NCBI GenBank assembly: GCA_039809905.1
Contig: JBDHVY010000001.1
Span: 180,001-212,000, forward strand
Source: Candidatus Babelota bacterium
Lineage (GTDB): Bacteria; Babelota; Babeliae; Babelales; Vermiphilaceae
Direction: 5' to 3'
Length of the DNA: 32,000 bases
Shown: one piece after another, positions 17,634 to 25,885 of the stretch
Layout of the letters: every line of letters begins with the position of its first letter
Position numbering within the stretch: the first letter of the stretch is position 1
Translations under genes and position numbers: made by a program
The notes under the pieces: model-generated
The model's database searches: none
Told to the model about the DNA's origin: nothing
What the model saw: only the letters and a program-made list of their open reading frames with translations

Positions 17634-18122
17634 TCACCACCGATTTTTTTTTCGCATTAAAAGTTTTCTAATCGTATGGCTTATTCCAAAATCAAGCCAT
17701 ATATGAGAAAGAGCGCCAATAATAAAAAAAAGCATATCGAAGAAAATGTGCTGCGATATGCTCGGTACTACGTTACTTATTATAATCCATACAATCAATG
17801 GCATAGCTATAACAAACCATGGATGGTGAAAAATGCCACGATGATTTACAAGCATAGGAGATATAATAAGAAAGCTACAACAAGCCATAACTTCAAACCG
17901 TTGTCGAATTACTAAAATAACAAAAACAAATAATACAACATAATAAAAATACTTCTGGCCTTTACTCTTAATATCAATATCCGGAAACAAAGCCCCTGCA
18001 AAGGCAAATAAAAGCCACTCACTTGCCGTCAGCAATGATGGTTTTATCGTTCCTAATAATGCGCATAAAAGCAGACCATATGCTGCTATTCCACCAATCA
18101 AGTGTCCTTTATAATTAGGCAT
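17634..18122 (-). CDS. Membrane-bound metal-dependent hydrolase, YdjM/DUF457-like
   Basis: MPNYKGHLIGG, LFPDIDIKS and HRGIFHHPW lie within a 4-5 TM protein, the YdjM-type pattern. I placed the start at ATG 18122 (GGTGA RBS) rather than the tracked TTG 18158. Confidence 0.7.
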   Translation of the reverse strand: MPNYKGHLIGGIAAYGLLLCALLGTIKPSLLTASEWLLFAFAGALFPDIDIKSKGQKYFYYVVLFVFVILVIRQRFEVMACCSFLIISPMLVNHRGIFHHPWFVIAMPLIVWIIISNVVPSISQHIFFDMLFFIIGALSHIWLDFGISHTIRKLLMRKKNRW

Positions 18123-18212
18123 TACTTCACCACTTATTTTAAATTGCCATAAAAACAACTTTGTAGTATACTATAAGAAATTTAATAATTGGCCACAAAA
18201 AATGAGTTTTGC

Positions 18213-18403
18213 ATGAAAAACAGTCTTGTTTCTGACCATTCTTCTTTTTTTGCATTCCAATTATGTTTCCATGCTTTTACAATAACATCTCTTTTTTCAT
18301 ATTATTATGGTAACTACTCTTAACCGTGAGGATTGTGTATTATCATATAATAAAAAAGTGAAAATGAAATTCAAATCCCCGGTAGCACAACCGGGGATTT
18401 TTT
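18213..18403 (+). promoter_or_regulatory. Candidate attenuator leader (Tyr/Phe-rich 36-codon mini-ORF plus terminator) upstream of the ABC importer operon
   Basis: The mini-ORF MKNSLVSDHSSFFAFQLCFHAFTITSLFSYYYGNYS* spans 18213-18323. CCGTGAGGATT (18324-18334) is complementary, with two bulges, to the 5' arm of the terminator at 18375-18403. The interpretation is hypothetical. Confidence 0.35.
18375..18403 (+). terminator. Canonical intrinsic terminator ~40 nt upstream of the ABC substrate-binding gene
   Basis: ATCCCCGG-tagcacaa-CCGGGGAT is a perfect 8-bp stem followed directly by TTTTTT. No plus-strand gene lies upstream of it. Confidence 0.7.
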
Positions 18404-18445
18404 ATAACAATTTATAGCCAAACGTATAGCCTATAAGGATCTTTA

Positions 18446-19414
18446 ATGAATCAAAAAAATGGTTTTCTTCTTTTCTGTATAGCTCTTGGAATAAGCATTT
18501 TATTCTATAAACAATATAATAAATCTCATTCCAATGCCGCATACACCATTGGCATACTACAAACAGCATCACATCCTGCATTAGATGCAGCACGTGATGG
18601 TTTTATAGCAAAAATTAAAGAATCTACAGGCAATGATATCGATTTTGTAGTGCGTAATGGCCAAGGATCTATTGATAGCATGCACACTATCGCGCAACAA
18701 TTTCATGCAAAACAAAATATTAATGCTATTTTTGCGATTGCAACTCCCGCAACTCAAGCAATAGTATCTATAGAAAAAGAAAAGCCTATAATTATTGCTG
18801 CAGTATCAGTCACTCCTGCATTAGATACTATTCTTTCTCAATCAAATGTCTGTGGCACAAGCGATATGATTAATGTACGCAAAGAAGTAGAAGCTATGAA
18901 AGCGTTATTACCTTCAACTGCACGTACAATCGGAATTATTTTTTGTACAGCCGAAATTAACTCTGTAGCAATGTCGCAAGTTATGAGTACAGAATTGGAA
19001 CGTGCAGGATACACGCCAGTTCTCATCGGTATCACTGCAGAAACTGATATAGAACCTGCTCTTTTAAGTTCCATACGTACGGTTGATGCAATTCTTGCTC
19101 CAACCGATAATGTTATCGCCAACAGCATTGAGCTTATCACAGCAATCACTCAAAAAACTCGAATTCCTCTCATCTTAAGTGATAATATGCTCGTAAAACA
19201 TGGCGCCCTTATGGCACGAGGTGTTGATTACTATGAAAGTGGAAAGCAAGCTGGTGCCATTGCACTACAAGTTCTTTTACACAATAAAAAACCACAGGAT
19301 TTATCAATTACTCAGGCAGATAATCAAAAAATTTTTGTTAATCAACATATCATGAAAGAATTAGGATTGACCGTTACTGACTCTATCGTAAAAGATGTTA
19401 TATTTATTGAATAG
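18446..19414 (+). CDS. ABC importer substrate-binding protein (COG2984 / ABC_sub_bind type)
   Basis: It has an N-terminal membrane anchor. YTIGILQTASHPALDAARDGFIAKIKE matches the family start (kigilq.vshpaLdaa..Gf...L.e). AAGGA RBS. Confidence 0.85.
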   Translation: MNQKNGFLLFCIALGISILFYKQYNKSHSNAAYTIGILQTASHPALDAARDGFIAKIKESTGNDIDFVVRNGQGSIDSMHTIAQQFHAKQNINAIFAIATPATQAIVSIEKEKPIIIAAVSVTPALDTILSQSNVCGTSDMINVRKEVEAMKALLPSTARTIGIIFCTAEINSVAMSQVMSTELERAGYTPVLIGITAETDIEPALLSSIRTVDAILAPTDNVIANSIELITAITQKTRIPLILSDNMLVKHGALMARGVDYYESGKQAGAIALQVLLHNKKPQDLSITQADNQKIFVNQHIMKELGLTVTDSIVKDVIFIE

Positions 19415-19439
19415 CATAAATTTGATAAGGAAAATAAAA

Positions 19440-20303
19440 ATGACTTTTGAATGGTTAATCATACAAGGAATTATTGAGCGTGGCCTTATTTTTTCCATAA
19501 CAGTGATGGCAATTTATCTTACATCACGCATTATTCGATTTGACGATCTTTCCGTTGAAGGTTCTTTCGGCCTTGGTGGTGCACTCATGGCTGCATTACT
19601 TACGCGCTCTGTTCCTTTATTTATCGCATTTCCACTGGTCATTACCGCAGGAGCATTTGCCGGTCTTGCAACAGGACTTTTACATACAAAACTAAAACTT
19701 AATAATCTCATTAGTGGGATTGTGGTGACGACAGCACTCTTTTCTTTAAATCTCAAAATTGCCGGATCAAATATGATGGTCAATAGCGCAACAACTCTTT
19801 TTGCTTTATTCAACGTTGGCACTATGAAAATTATCCTACTGATTCCTTTTATTTGTGGTCTTTTGTTATTAATAAGGTGGTTTTTACGTACAGAATGTGG
19901 ATTTTTATTATATGCAGTAGGCGATAACCCACAAATGCTCATCAATTTGGGAAAAAATCCGCATACTTATATGATCGCAACGCTTATGCTTGCTAATGGA
20001 TTAACTGCATGCGCTGGCGCTCTTTTTGTTAATTATGTTGGTTATTTTTCTATTTGGTCAAGCGTTGGCATTTTAGTTATTGGCCTTGCAGGATTAATAC
20101 TTTCTGAAACTATCAGTCATTCATTTGGTTTTAATTTATTAATTGGTGCTATTGTATACCAATCTCTTATTGCAGCCACATTTGAATTTGACGTAGATCC
20201 AGAATGGAACAAATTAATTACTGCGCTCCTTATCATTTTTATGATTAGTCTACAAAAACAATTTAACCCCAACTTCGCTTCTCTTCGTCGGGGACCACAA
20301 TAA
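19440..20303 (+). CDS. ABC importer permease (COG4120 type)
   Basis: IIERGLIFSITVMAIYLTSRIIRFDDLSVEGSFGLGGALMAAL matches the family N-terminus and the protein is multi-pass. I placed the start at ATG 19440 (AAGGAA RBS); the tracked 19395 would overlap the SBP gene. The last 12 codons are repeat copy D. Confidence 0.85.
   Translation: MTFEWLIIQGIIERGLIFSITVMAIYLTSRIIRFDDLSVEGSFGLGGALMAALLTRSVPLFIAFPLVITAGAFAGLATGLLHTKLKLNNLISGIVVTTALFSLNLKIAGSNMMVNSATTLFALFNVGTMKIILLIPFICGLLLLIRWFLRTECGFLLYAVGDNPQMLINLGKNPHTYMIATLMLANGLTACAGALFVNYVGYFSIWSSVGILVIGLAGLILSETISHSFGFNLLIGAIVYQSLIAATFEFDVDPEWNKLITALLIIFMISLQKQFNPNFASLRRGPQ
20263..20298 (+). repeat. GC-rich 3'-end hairpin repeat, copy D (inside the last codons of the permease ORF)
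   Basis: Sense (plus) strand: tTAA-CCCCAAC-ttcgcttctcttc-GTCGGGG-ACCAC. Its 5' 12-mer ACCCCAACTTCG is identical to that of copy C. Confidence 0.6.
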
Positions 20304-20332
20304 AATCAAGATTTAGAAAAAGGCTTTTACTC

Positions 20333-21085
20333 ATGATAAAATTTGAAAATATTTCAGTAACTATTGATGGTAAAGATATTCTTAAAAATATTTCGTGTAC
20401 CATCAACACTGGTGATCTTATCGTTATTGTTGGTCCAAATGGTGCAGGGAAAAGCACCTTTTTAGATATGATTAGCGGTAAACGAATTGCAAGTAGCGGA
20501 AAGATTTTTCTTGATGATATGGATATCACCCATCTTGATGAACAACACCGCGCTACCCTCATTAGCCGCCTCTTTCAAAATCCTCAACTTAATGGTATTG
20601 CATCAATGACGGTTGCACAAAACTTAGCATTGAGTAATTATAAAGGAAAAACAGTTAGTCTTGCTCACGGAATGAATAGTTTTCCTTCTCATTTGATAAA
20701 GGAACTTGAAGAACTAAACCTTGGATCAACAAAAATATTGAATACTCCCATGAAAGATCTTTCAGGAGGTCAAAGACAATTACTTGCATTTATCATGGCA
20801 ACGCTATTGCCTCCACGTCTTTTTATGCTTGATGAACCAACCGCTGCACTTGATCCGCAATCAGCAACGAAATTACTGCAATTTGCTATAAAATTCATTA
20901 AAGAACATAAAATAACAACTCTCATTATTACTCATGATCCTGAACTTGCACTTGCCATTGGAAAAAAAATATGGATTTTGGAGAATGGTCAAATCAGTAA
21001 GAAATATGAGATACAAGATGCCCAATCAGAACTTTCTGCAAGCGATCTGATTGGGCACATTGATTATCAAACATTAAAAGGGTAA
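20333..21085 (+). CDS. ABC importer ATP-binding protein (COG1101 type)
   Basis: Walker A GPNGAGKST, signature LSGGQRQ, Walker B LFMLDEPTAALD and H-loop ITHD are present, and RLFQNPQLNGIASMTVAQNLAL is typical of this subfamily. Confidence 0.9.
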   Translation: MIKFENISVTIDGKDILKNISCTINTGDLIVIVGPNGAGKSTFLDMISGKRIASSGKIFLDDMDITHLDEQHRATLISRLFQNPQLNGIASMTVAQNLALSNYKGKTVSLAHGMNSFPSHLIKELEELNLGSTKILNTPMKDLSGGQRQLLAFIMATLLPPRLFMLDEPTAALDPQSATKLLQFAIKFIKEHKITTLIITHDPELALAIGKKIWILENGQISKKYEIQDAQSELSASDLIGHIDYQTLKG

Positions 21086-22342
21086 AAATCGTCTTCTTAC
21101 CTTCATTCCTTTTGTTTCTTCTTTTTCGATTTCTAATTTTGTTTTTTCTGCAGTTCTCGCATTAAGCTCTTTTTGGATTTCTTTTTGTTCTTTCATAAGA
21201 GCATTTAATTCTTGGTCAGCAGTTTGTCTTATTGCATCTAATCTCATCTGCTCAGCAAATTTAGCATTAGCATGTCTTTGCAGCTCTTGCTGTTTAGCAA
21301 TAAGCATCTGTAATTCTTGCTCTGCCGCTCGTGCTTCTGCTTCAATTATTGCTTGTTCTTCTACTTGCAGTTGAGCTTTTTCAGCTACTTTATTATCAAT
21401 ATCTCTTTGCAAGTTTTCTTGCTTGATAATAAATATATCGAGCTCTTCGCTGGCCACCTTTCTTTTTGCTTCTACTTTTGCTTGTTCTGATTCTAATCTG
21501 GCTTTTTCTGCTGCTTTATTGTTAACTTTTTTTCTAAGATCTTCTTGTTGCGATAATAATACATTTAATTCGTGATCCGCAGCTCTTCTTTTTGCTTGTA
21601 ATCTTATCTTTTCTTCTGCTTCTTGCGCTGATTTTTTTGGTTCTCGAATAAATTTTTTGTCATATTTTGGTGTAAAACTTGCTTGTCTTCCAGCATATTT
21701 TCGTGGAATAGAACCACCTGCAATAACTGTTGCCGCTGCTACGCTATCAAGAAATAATTTTCGTTGCACTTCATGTAAATTCCCAAGAATCAATTGTTGT
21801 TCATATATATCTGCATCAAATTCTTTCATAAGTGTTTCATAATTATCTTGCAATTCATCTCGTTGCCGAGGATTTGTTGTTGCTCTTCTTGCTTGCTCAT
21901 AATCTAATGTAATCGCATTTTTTTGTTCTATAAGTCTTTTGACCGTTCGTCGAGCAATATTCTTTTCATGCTCACTAGGTTCTGGCTTCGGTTCAGATGT
22001 GGTTTGCATAGTAAATCTTTTATCAGTAGCTTTTTGAACAGTTTGTTGTAATCCTTGTTCAGCTTGAGCAATAATAGCATTTTCTTCATCAGCTATTGCC
22101 CTAAATTCTTCCAACGTTATTGTTCCATTGACGAATTCTTTTTGCGCATTTTCAATAGCTCTCGTTGCTCTTATTTTGCTATCTGTTACTTGAGCAAGAC
22201 CTGCATTAAGAGTTTTTTGTTGTTGAATGATTGCATTTTCAGCTTGTTGAACTGATGCATCTGCAAAACCGGTACGTTCAAATGCTGTTATGCACAAAAA
22301 CGCTAATCCAACAAGCACCATGTTCTTAACATTCATACTCAT
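21074..22342 (-). CDS. Secreted coiled-coil protein with four C-terminal tandem repeats
   Basis: It has signal peptide MSMNVKNMVLVGLAFLCITAF and is rich in E/K/Q/A heptads. Repeats of 35-43 aa span aa 252-409 (nt 21116-21589). The 3' end overlaps the convergent ATPase gene by 12 nt. Confidence 0.75.
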   Translation of the reverse strand: MSMNVKNMVLVGLAFLCITAFERTGFADASVQQAENAIIQQQKTLNAGLAQVTDSKIRATRAIENAQKEFVNGTITLEEFRAIADEENAIIAQAEQGLQQTVQKATDKRFTMQTTSEPKPEPSEHEKNIARRTVKRLIEQKNAITLDYEQARRATTNPRQRDELQDNYETLMKEFDADIYEQQLILGNLHEVQRKLFLDSVAAATVIAGGSIPRKYAGRQASFTPKYDKKFIREPKKSAQEAEEKIRLQAKRRAADHELNVLLSQQEDLRKKVNNKAAEKARLESEQAKVEAKRKVASEELDIFIIKQENLQRDIDNKVAEKAQLQVEEQAIIEAEARAAEQELQMLIAKQQELQRHANAKFAEQMRLDAIRQTADQELNALMKEQKEIQKELNARTAEKTKLEIEKEETKGMKVRRRFLPF

Positions 22343-22456
22343 CCTTTTCCCTCAAACCCCATCAAGAGACTTTTTATTGTTTTGCTCAGCCACTTTAATG
22401 GGATACTCTATATTTACCTTTATAATATCACCAACAATCTCTATTTGTAAATATAT

Positions 22457-22485
22457 TTTATAATCAAAAAGAATTTTAGCATCAA
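22457..22485 (-). promoter_or_regulatory. Candidate sigma70-like promoter for the coiled-coil gene
   Basis: The minus strand reads TTGATG-17 nt-TATAAA. It lies ~115 nt upstream of the start at 22342. Such matches arise easily in AT-rich DNA. Confidence 0.25.
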
Positions 22486-22552
22486 AAAAGATACCGTATA
22501 TAGGAAAAAAGATGATTAATAAAGGATTTTTTATTAAAAATAAAATTATTGG

Positions 22553-24394
22553 TTATTGCTTTTCACCAGTTTGAACACGCCACAATTTGGCATAAACTCC
22601 ATTTAAAGAAACAAGATCATCATGCTTTCCATTTTCTACAACAACCCCTTTATGAAGCACAAAGATATTGTCAGCATGCCGTATAGTAGATAAACGATGA
22701 GCTATAACAAACACCGTATGATTCTTCGCTATTTTTTCTAATGAACGTTGAATTGACAACTCTGTTTCGTTATCAACTGATGATGTTGCTTCATCAAAAA
22801 TAAGAATTGGAGGCTTATTAACAATTGCTCGAGCAATTGAAATACGTTGACGTTGTCCACCAGAAAGTTTTTGGCCTCTTTCTCCCACAATAGTTTCATA
22901 TCCGTCAGGTAAATTTATGATAAAATCATGGATTTCTGCCATTCGAGCTGCATATTCAATCTGTTCATCGGTTATATTATCAGTACCATAGGCGATATTT
23001 TCCCTGATTGTTCCTTTAAACAAAAACACATCCTGACTAACAAATCCAAAAGCCTGACGTAACAATCGTAAAGTAAGATCTTTGGTATATATTCCATCAA
23101 GCAAAATTGATCCTTGTTCAGGATCATAAAACCGCAACAGTAATTTGATGAGTGTCGTTTTGCCACTACCAGTAGACCCTACAACCCCTACCGTTTGGCC
23201 CGGCTCAACTGAAATAGAAAGATTATCAAAAATCTGAACGCCACTGGGATATGCAAAAGAGATATCTTTAAACTCAATTTTTCCTTTTACATCAACTGAA
23301 GCTGCTACTGCACCATCTTTAATGCCAATAGGAGTATCTAAAACCGCAAAAACACGATCTGCGCAAGCCATAGAACGTTTATATACATCCATTGATTTTG
23401 CAAGATAAATAAAGGGCCACAACAATCGTTGTGTCATAGAAACAAGTACACTATAACTGCCGATTGCTAATTTACCCTTAAGTGCATACCATCCACCAAG
23501 TATAATGGTAATAACAAAACCAAAAGCAATTGTCATACGAATAATAGGGATAAATGCCGCACTCGTTCCAATAGATCGTTCATATGCATTTTTATATTCA
23601 TTACTATCTTTTCTTAAGCGATCTAATTCATAATCTTCCATCGCATAACTTTTGATAGTAGAAATTCCAATAAGATTATTACCAAGACGAGCACCAAGTA
23701 TTCCTGCTTTTTCACGAACATGTGCATATAATTGCCCTAATCGATTTTGAAATACATACGCAACTAAAAAAATAATCGGTACGGGCAAAAATACGCATAA
23801 TGCTATAAGGGGAGACAAGTAAAAAAAGATATATCCCACCAAAGAAACACTTACCACAAAATAAATAAAATCGGTAATGCCTTTATCAAAGAAAATCTCG
23901 AGCTGATTTACATCTTCATTTAAAACGGTTAGCAATTCACCAGTATTTTTGTCTTCAAAATAAGCCATTTCCAATTGTTGCATATGACTATAGGCATCAA
24001 TGCGCAAATCATGTTGTACTATCTGCGCCAGATTTCTCCATAATACATCACTTAAATATTCAAATAATGCTTGAAAACACCATATAACAAATATTAAACC
24101 TGCCAATACACATAATTGGGATATAACATTAACAATACCCCAATTTCCCAAAAATGAATTCTGCTTATTCACCAATACATCGATAGTGATACCGATAAGA
24201 ACTTCCGGAAAAACATCAAAAACATTTTGCAATATGGCACATAAAGTAGCCATCACTATTTTCAAGCGATATGGTTTCATATAAACAAAAAGTCGCTGAA
24301 AAGAAGAGAAATTTGTTATCACACAAAACCCATTTTTGTTATAACCCCATAAAAAATTATTATCTATCTCATCATTACTGAAAGATTTTGTCAT
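22553..24394 (-). CDS. ABC exporter, fused permease/ATPase (MsbA/MdlB-like)
   Basis: A six-TM N-terminal half precedes an NBD with GSTGSGKTT, LSGGQRQRISIARA, ILIFDEATSSVD and IAHRLST. Confidence 0.9.
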   Translation of the reverse strand: MTKSFSNDEIDNNFLWGYNKNGFCVITNFSSFQRLFVYMKPYRLKIVMATLCAILQNVFDVFPEVLIGITIDVLVNKQNSFLGNWGIVNVISQLCVLAGLIFVIWCFQALFEYLSDVLWRNLAQIVQHDLRIDAYSHMQQLEMAYFEDKNTGELLTVLNEDVNQLEIFFDKGITDFIYFVVSVSLVGYIFFYLSPLIALCVFLPVPIIFLVAYVFQNRLGQLYAHVREKAGILGARLGNNLIGISTIKSYAMEDYELDRLRKDSNEYKNAYERSIGTSAAFIPIIRMTIAFGFVITIILGGWYALKGKLAIGSYSVLVSMTQRLLWPFIYLAKSMDVYKRSMACADRVFAVLDTPIGIKDGAVAASVDVKGKIEFKDISFAYPSGVQIFDNLSISVEPGQTVGVVGSTGSGKTTLIKLLLRFYDPEQGSILLDGIYTKDLTLRLLRQAFGFVSQDVFLFKGTIRENIAYGTDNITDEQIEYAARMAEIHDFIINLPDGYETIVGERGQKLSGGQRQRISIARAIVNKPPILIFDEATSSVDNETELSIQRSLEKIAKNHTVFVIAHRLSTIRHADNIFVLHKGVVVENGKHDDLVSLNGVYAKLWRVQTGEKQ

Positions 24395-24418
24395 ATAACA
24401 AGAAACATATATTTTTCA

Positions 24419-25885
24419 CTATATTAAGTGCATAAAATAAGTATCTGGATAGTAGAATTGTAAAATAGATTTATAATCCCATCCTTCCCGTACCATCTGA
24501 CGAGCCCCCCACTGACATAATCCAATATGGTGACCAAAGCCATTTCCCGTAAAGATTATTTTACCGCCTTTTTTGCATACATCAAAGTGAAAACTTTTAA
24601 CTTCTTTTAACAATGAATATAATTTTTTCCCCGAAATAACAATTGTATGCTTTGGACCTTTCAACTTCACTTGTGATGCTAATCCAGCTTTATCTTTTTT
24701 AATAATACGAATATCGGACAATCGTATAATATCTTTTAAATAATCTCTTAAAATTGGTTCAAATAATTCATGATCATACGATACTTGCCATGAGTATAAT
24801 GAAGATTCTTTACAATACCGACATGCATATGTACGTGCCAAATAAGGAACTTTATTAAAATCAAAATCCTCAATATGAGCTGGTATCACACCTCCGCAAC
24901 AACAATCAAACATCGCCAAAATAGGAGAACCCTTAAAACCAAGGACTACTCCTCTGGTTTGCTCAACAGCCATTTTAAGACCAGGTAATTCATGTTTACC
25001 ACGATATGTTTGGTGTGCATTAGTATTTTTTACATGATATGGTCTTCCACTGCGTCGTGCTTCAAGAACCTTAAACATCACATAACTACGACACGCTATT
25101 GCAAAAGACTTATTAATCTCAAGTGGCCAGCCAGGCCAACTTTCCGTGCGTAATACAGATGTAATATAATCTTCTAATTCAACACTATTAATACAGAAAA
25201 AACCATTATTATACGGCATTATAATAAAATCACCATCATAGGTAATACCATTATAAGATCCATGACCATTTATCGGTCGCAATCGAAGACCTTTTGTAAT
25301 CGGTTTGCCACTATACCACAAAAGACCATCTTTTACTTTTATGGTAATAGCAGATATTTTTACCGACTTCTTTTTTTTACCATTGCCTTCAGATTTAATA
25401 ATGAATCCTTTTGAAGACGTGAATTTCCATTCTGTTACATGAACATCATGCGATTTTGCAAGCAGTACCTGTACTTTTGTTATGCGTTTTTTACGAGCAT
25501 CATGAAACATATCTTCTAAGTCATCCTGCGCATTGATTTCCAAAGGCAATAGATCAGAAAAAAGAGCTTCCGCTCTTTCAGATGAAATTATTTTTTTTAT
25601 TTTTACCCTTGAACGCACAATGTATTTATTTTTTGAAACAAAAACAGTTGTTGTTGTATTGGGCGTTATAATAAACGGCCAATGGACAGCATTAACAAAA
25701 CTTGATACAAAAAGAGAACCGCTCAATGTGAGCGTAAAAAAAATAAACCTATACGAAACTTTGTTAACATTCGCACAAAAATTGCTTAAAAAACGTTGAT
25801 AGCAAAATCTTTTATCGAGTCCCCATGCGTAAAATATTGAGCATGGGACTGATGGAATTGTTATATTTCTAAAGTACAATTCCAT
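24419..25885 (-). CDS. SpoIID/LytB-domain protein (peptidoglycan-remodelling)
   Basis: VELEDYITSVLRTESWPGWPLE..AIACRSY, HQTYRG, CCCGGV and HGIGLCQWGARQMVREGWDYKSILQFYYP form the SpoIID pattern. The start is uncertain: ATG 25885 overlaps the rnhA 3' end by 17 nt and the first ~25 codons span a hairpin. Confidence 0.8.
   Translation of the reverse strand: MELYFRNITIPSVPCSIFYAWGLDKRFCYQRFLSNFCANVNKVSYRFIFFTLTLSGSLFVSSFVNAVHWPFIITPNTTTTVFVSKNKYIVRSRVKIKKIISSERAEALFSDLLPLEINAQDDLEDMFHDARKKRITKVQVLLAKSHDVHVTEWKFTSSKGFIIKSEGNGKKKKSVKISAITIKVKDGLLWYSGKPITKGLRLRPINGHGSYNGITYDGDFIIMPYNNGFFCINSVELEDYITSVLRTESWPGWPLEINKSFAIACRSYVMFKVLEARRSGRPYHVKNTNAHQTYRGKHELPGLKMAVEQTRGVVLGFKGSPILAMFDCCCGGVIPAHIEDFDFNKVPYLARTYACRYCKESSLYSWQVSYDHELFEPILRDYLKDIIRLSDIRIIKKDKAGLASQVKLKGPKHTIVISGKKLYSLLKEVKSFHFDVCKKGGKIIFTGNGFGHHIGLCQWGARQMVREGWDYKSILQFYYPDTYFMHLI
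25818..25850 (-). terminator. Hairpin 18 nt downstream of the rnhA stop; possibly a divergent member of the 3'-end repeat family
   Basis: Sense (minus) strand: AGTCCCATGC-tcaatattttac-GCATGGGGACT-cgataaaag, a 10-bp stem with a one-G bulge. The 3' side GGGGAC..GATAAAAG resembles copy C (GGGACCCCGATAAAAAG). Confidence 0.4.

Noticed and set aside
18307-18417. Alternative 36-codon ORF (MVTTLNREDCVLSYNKKVKMKFKSPVAQPGIFYNNL*) running through the terminator hairpin.
   Set aside because: It has no RBS, spans the terminator stem-loop and shows no amino-acid bias suggestive of regulation. It is considered less plausible than the upstream Tyr/Phe-rich mini-ORF, though neither is proven.
18159-18445. 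T-box riboswitch or other known riboswitch upstream of the ABC importer.
   Set aside because: There is no T-box consensus (..GGGTGGNACCGCG..) and no recognisable specifier-loop architecture or riboswitch core that I can identify by eye. A leader-peptide model is kept as the hypothesis instead.
18402-18593. 63-aa minus-strand ORF overlapping the ABC substrate-binding gene start, and the antisense ORFs 18838-19149, 19514-19945 and 20263-20562 inside the importer operon.
   Set aside because: They are antisense to three motif-supported ABC genes, have no RBS and show biased composition (C/W/R-rich from reverse-complemented codons).
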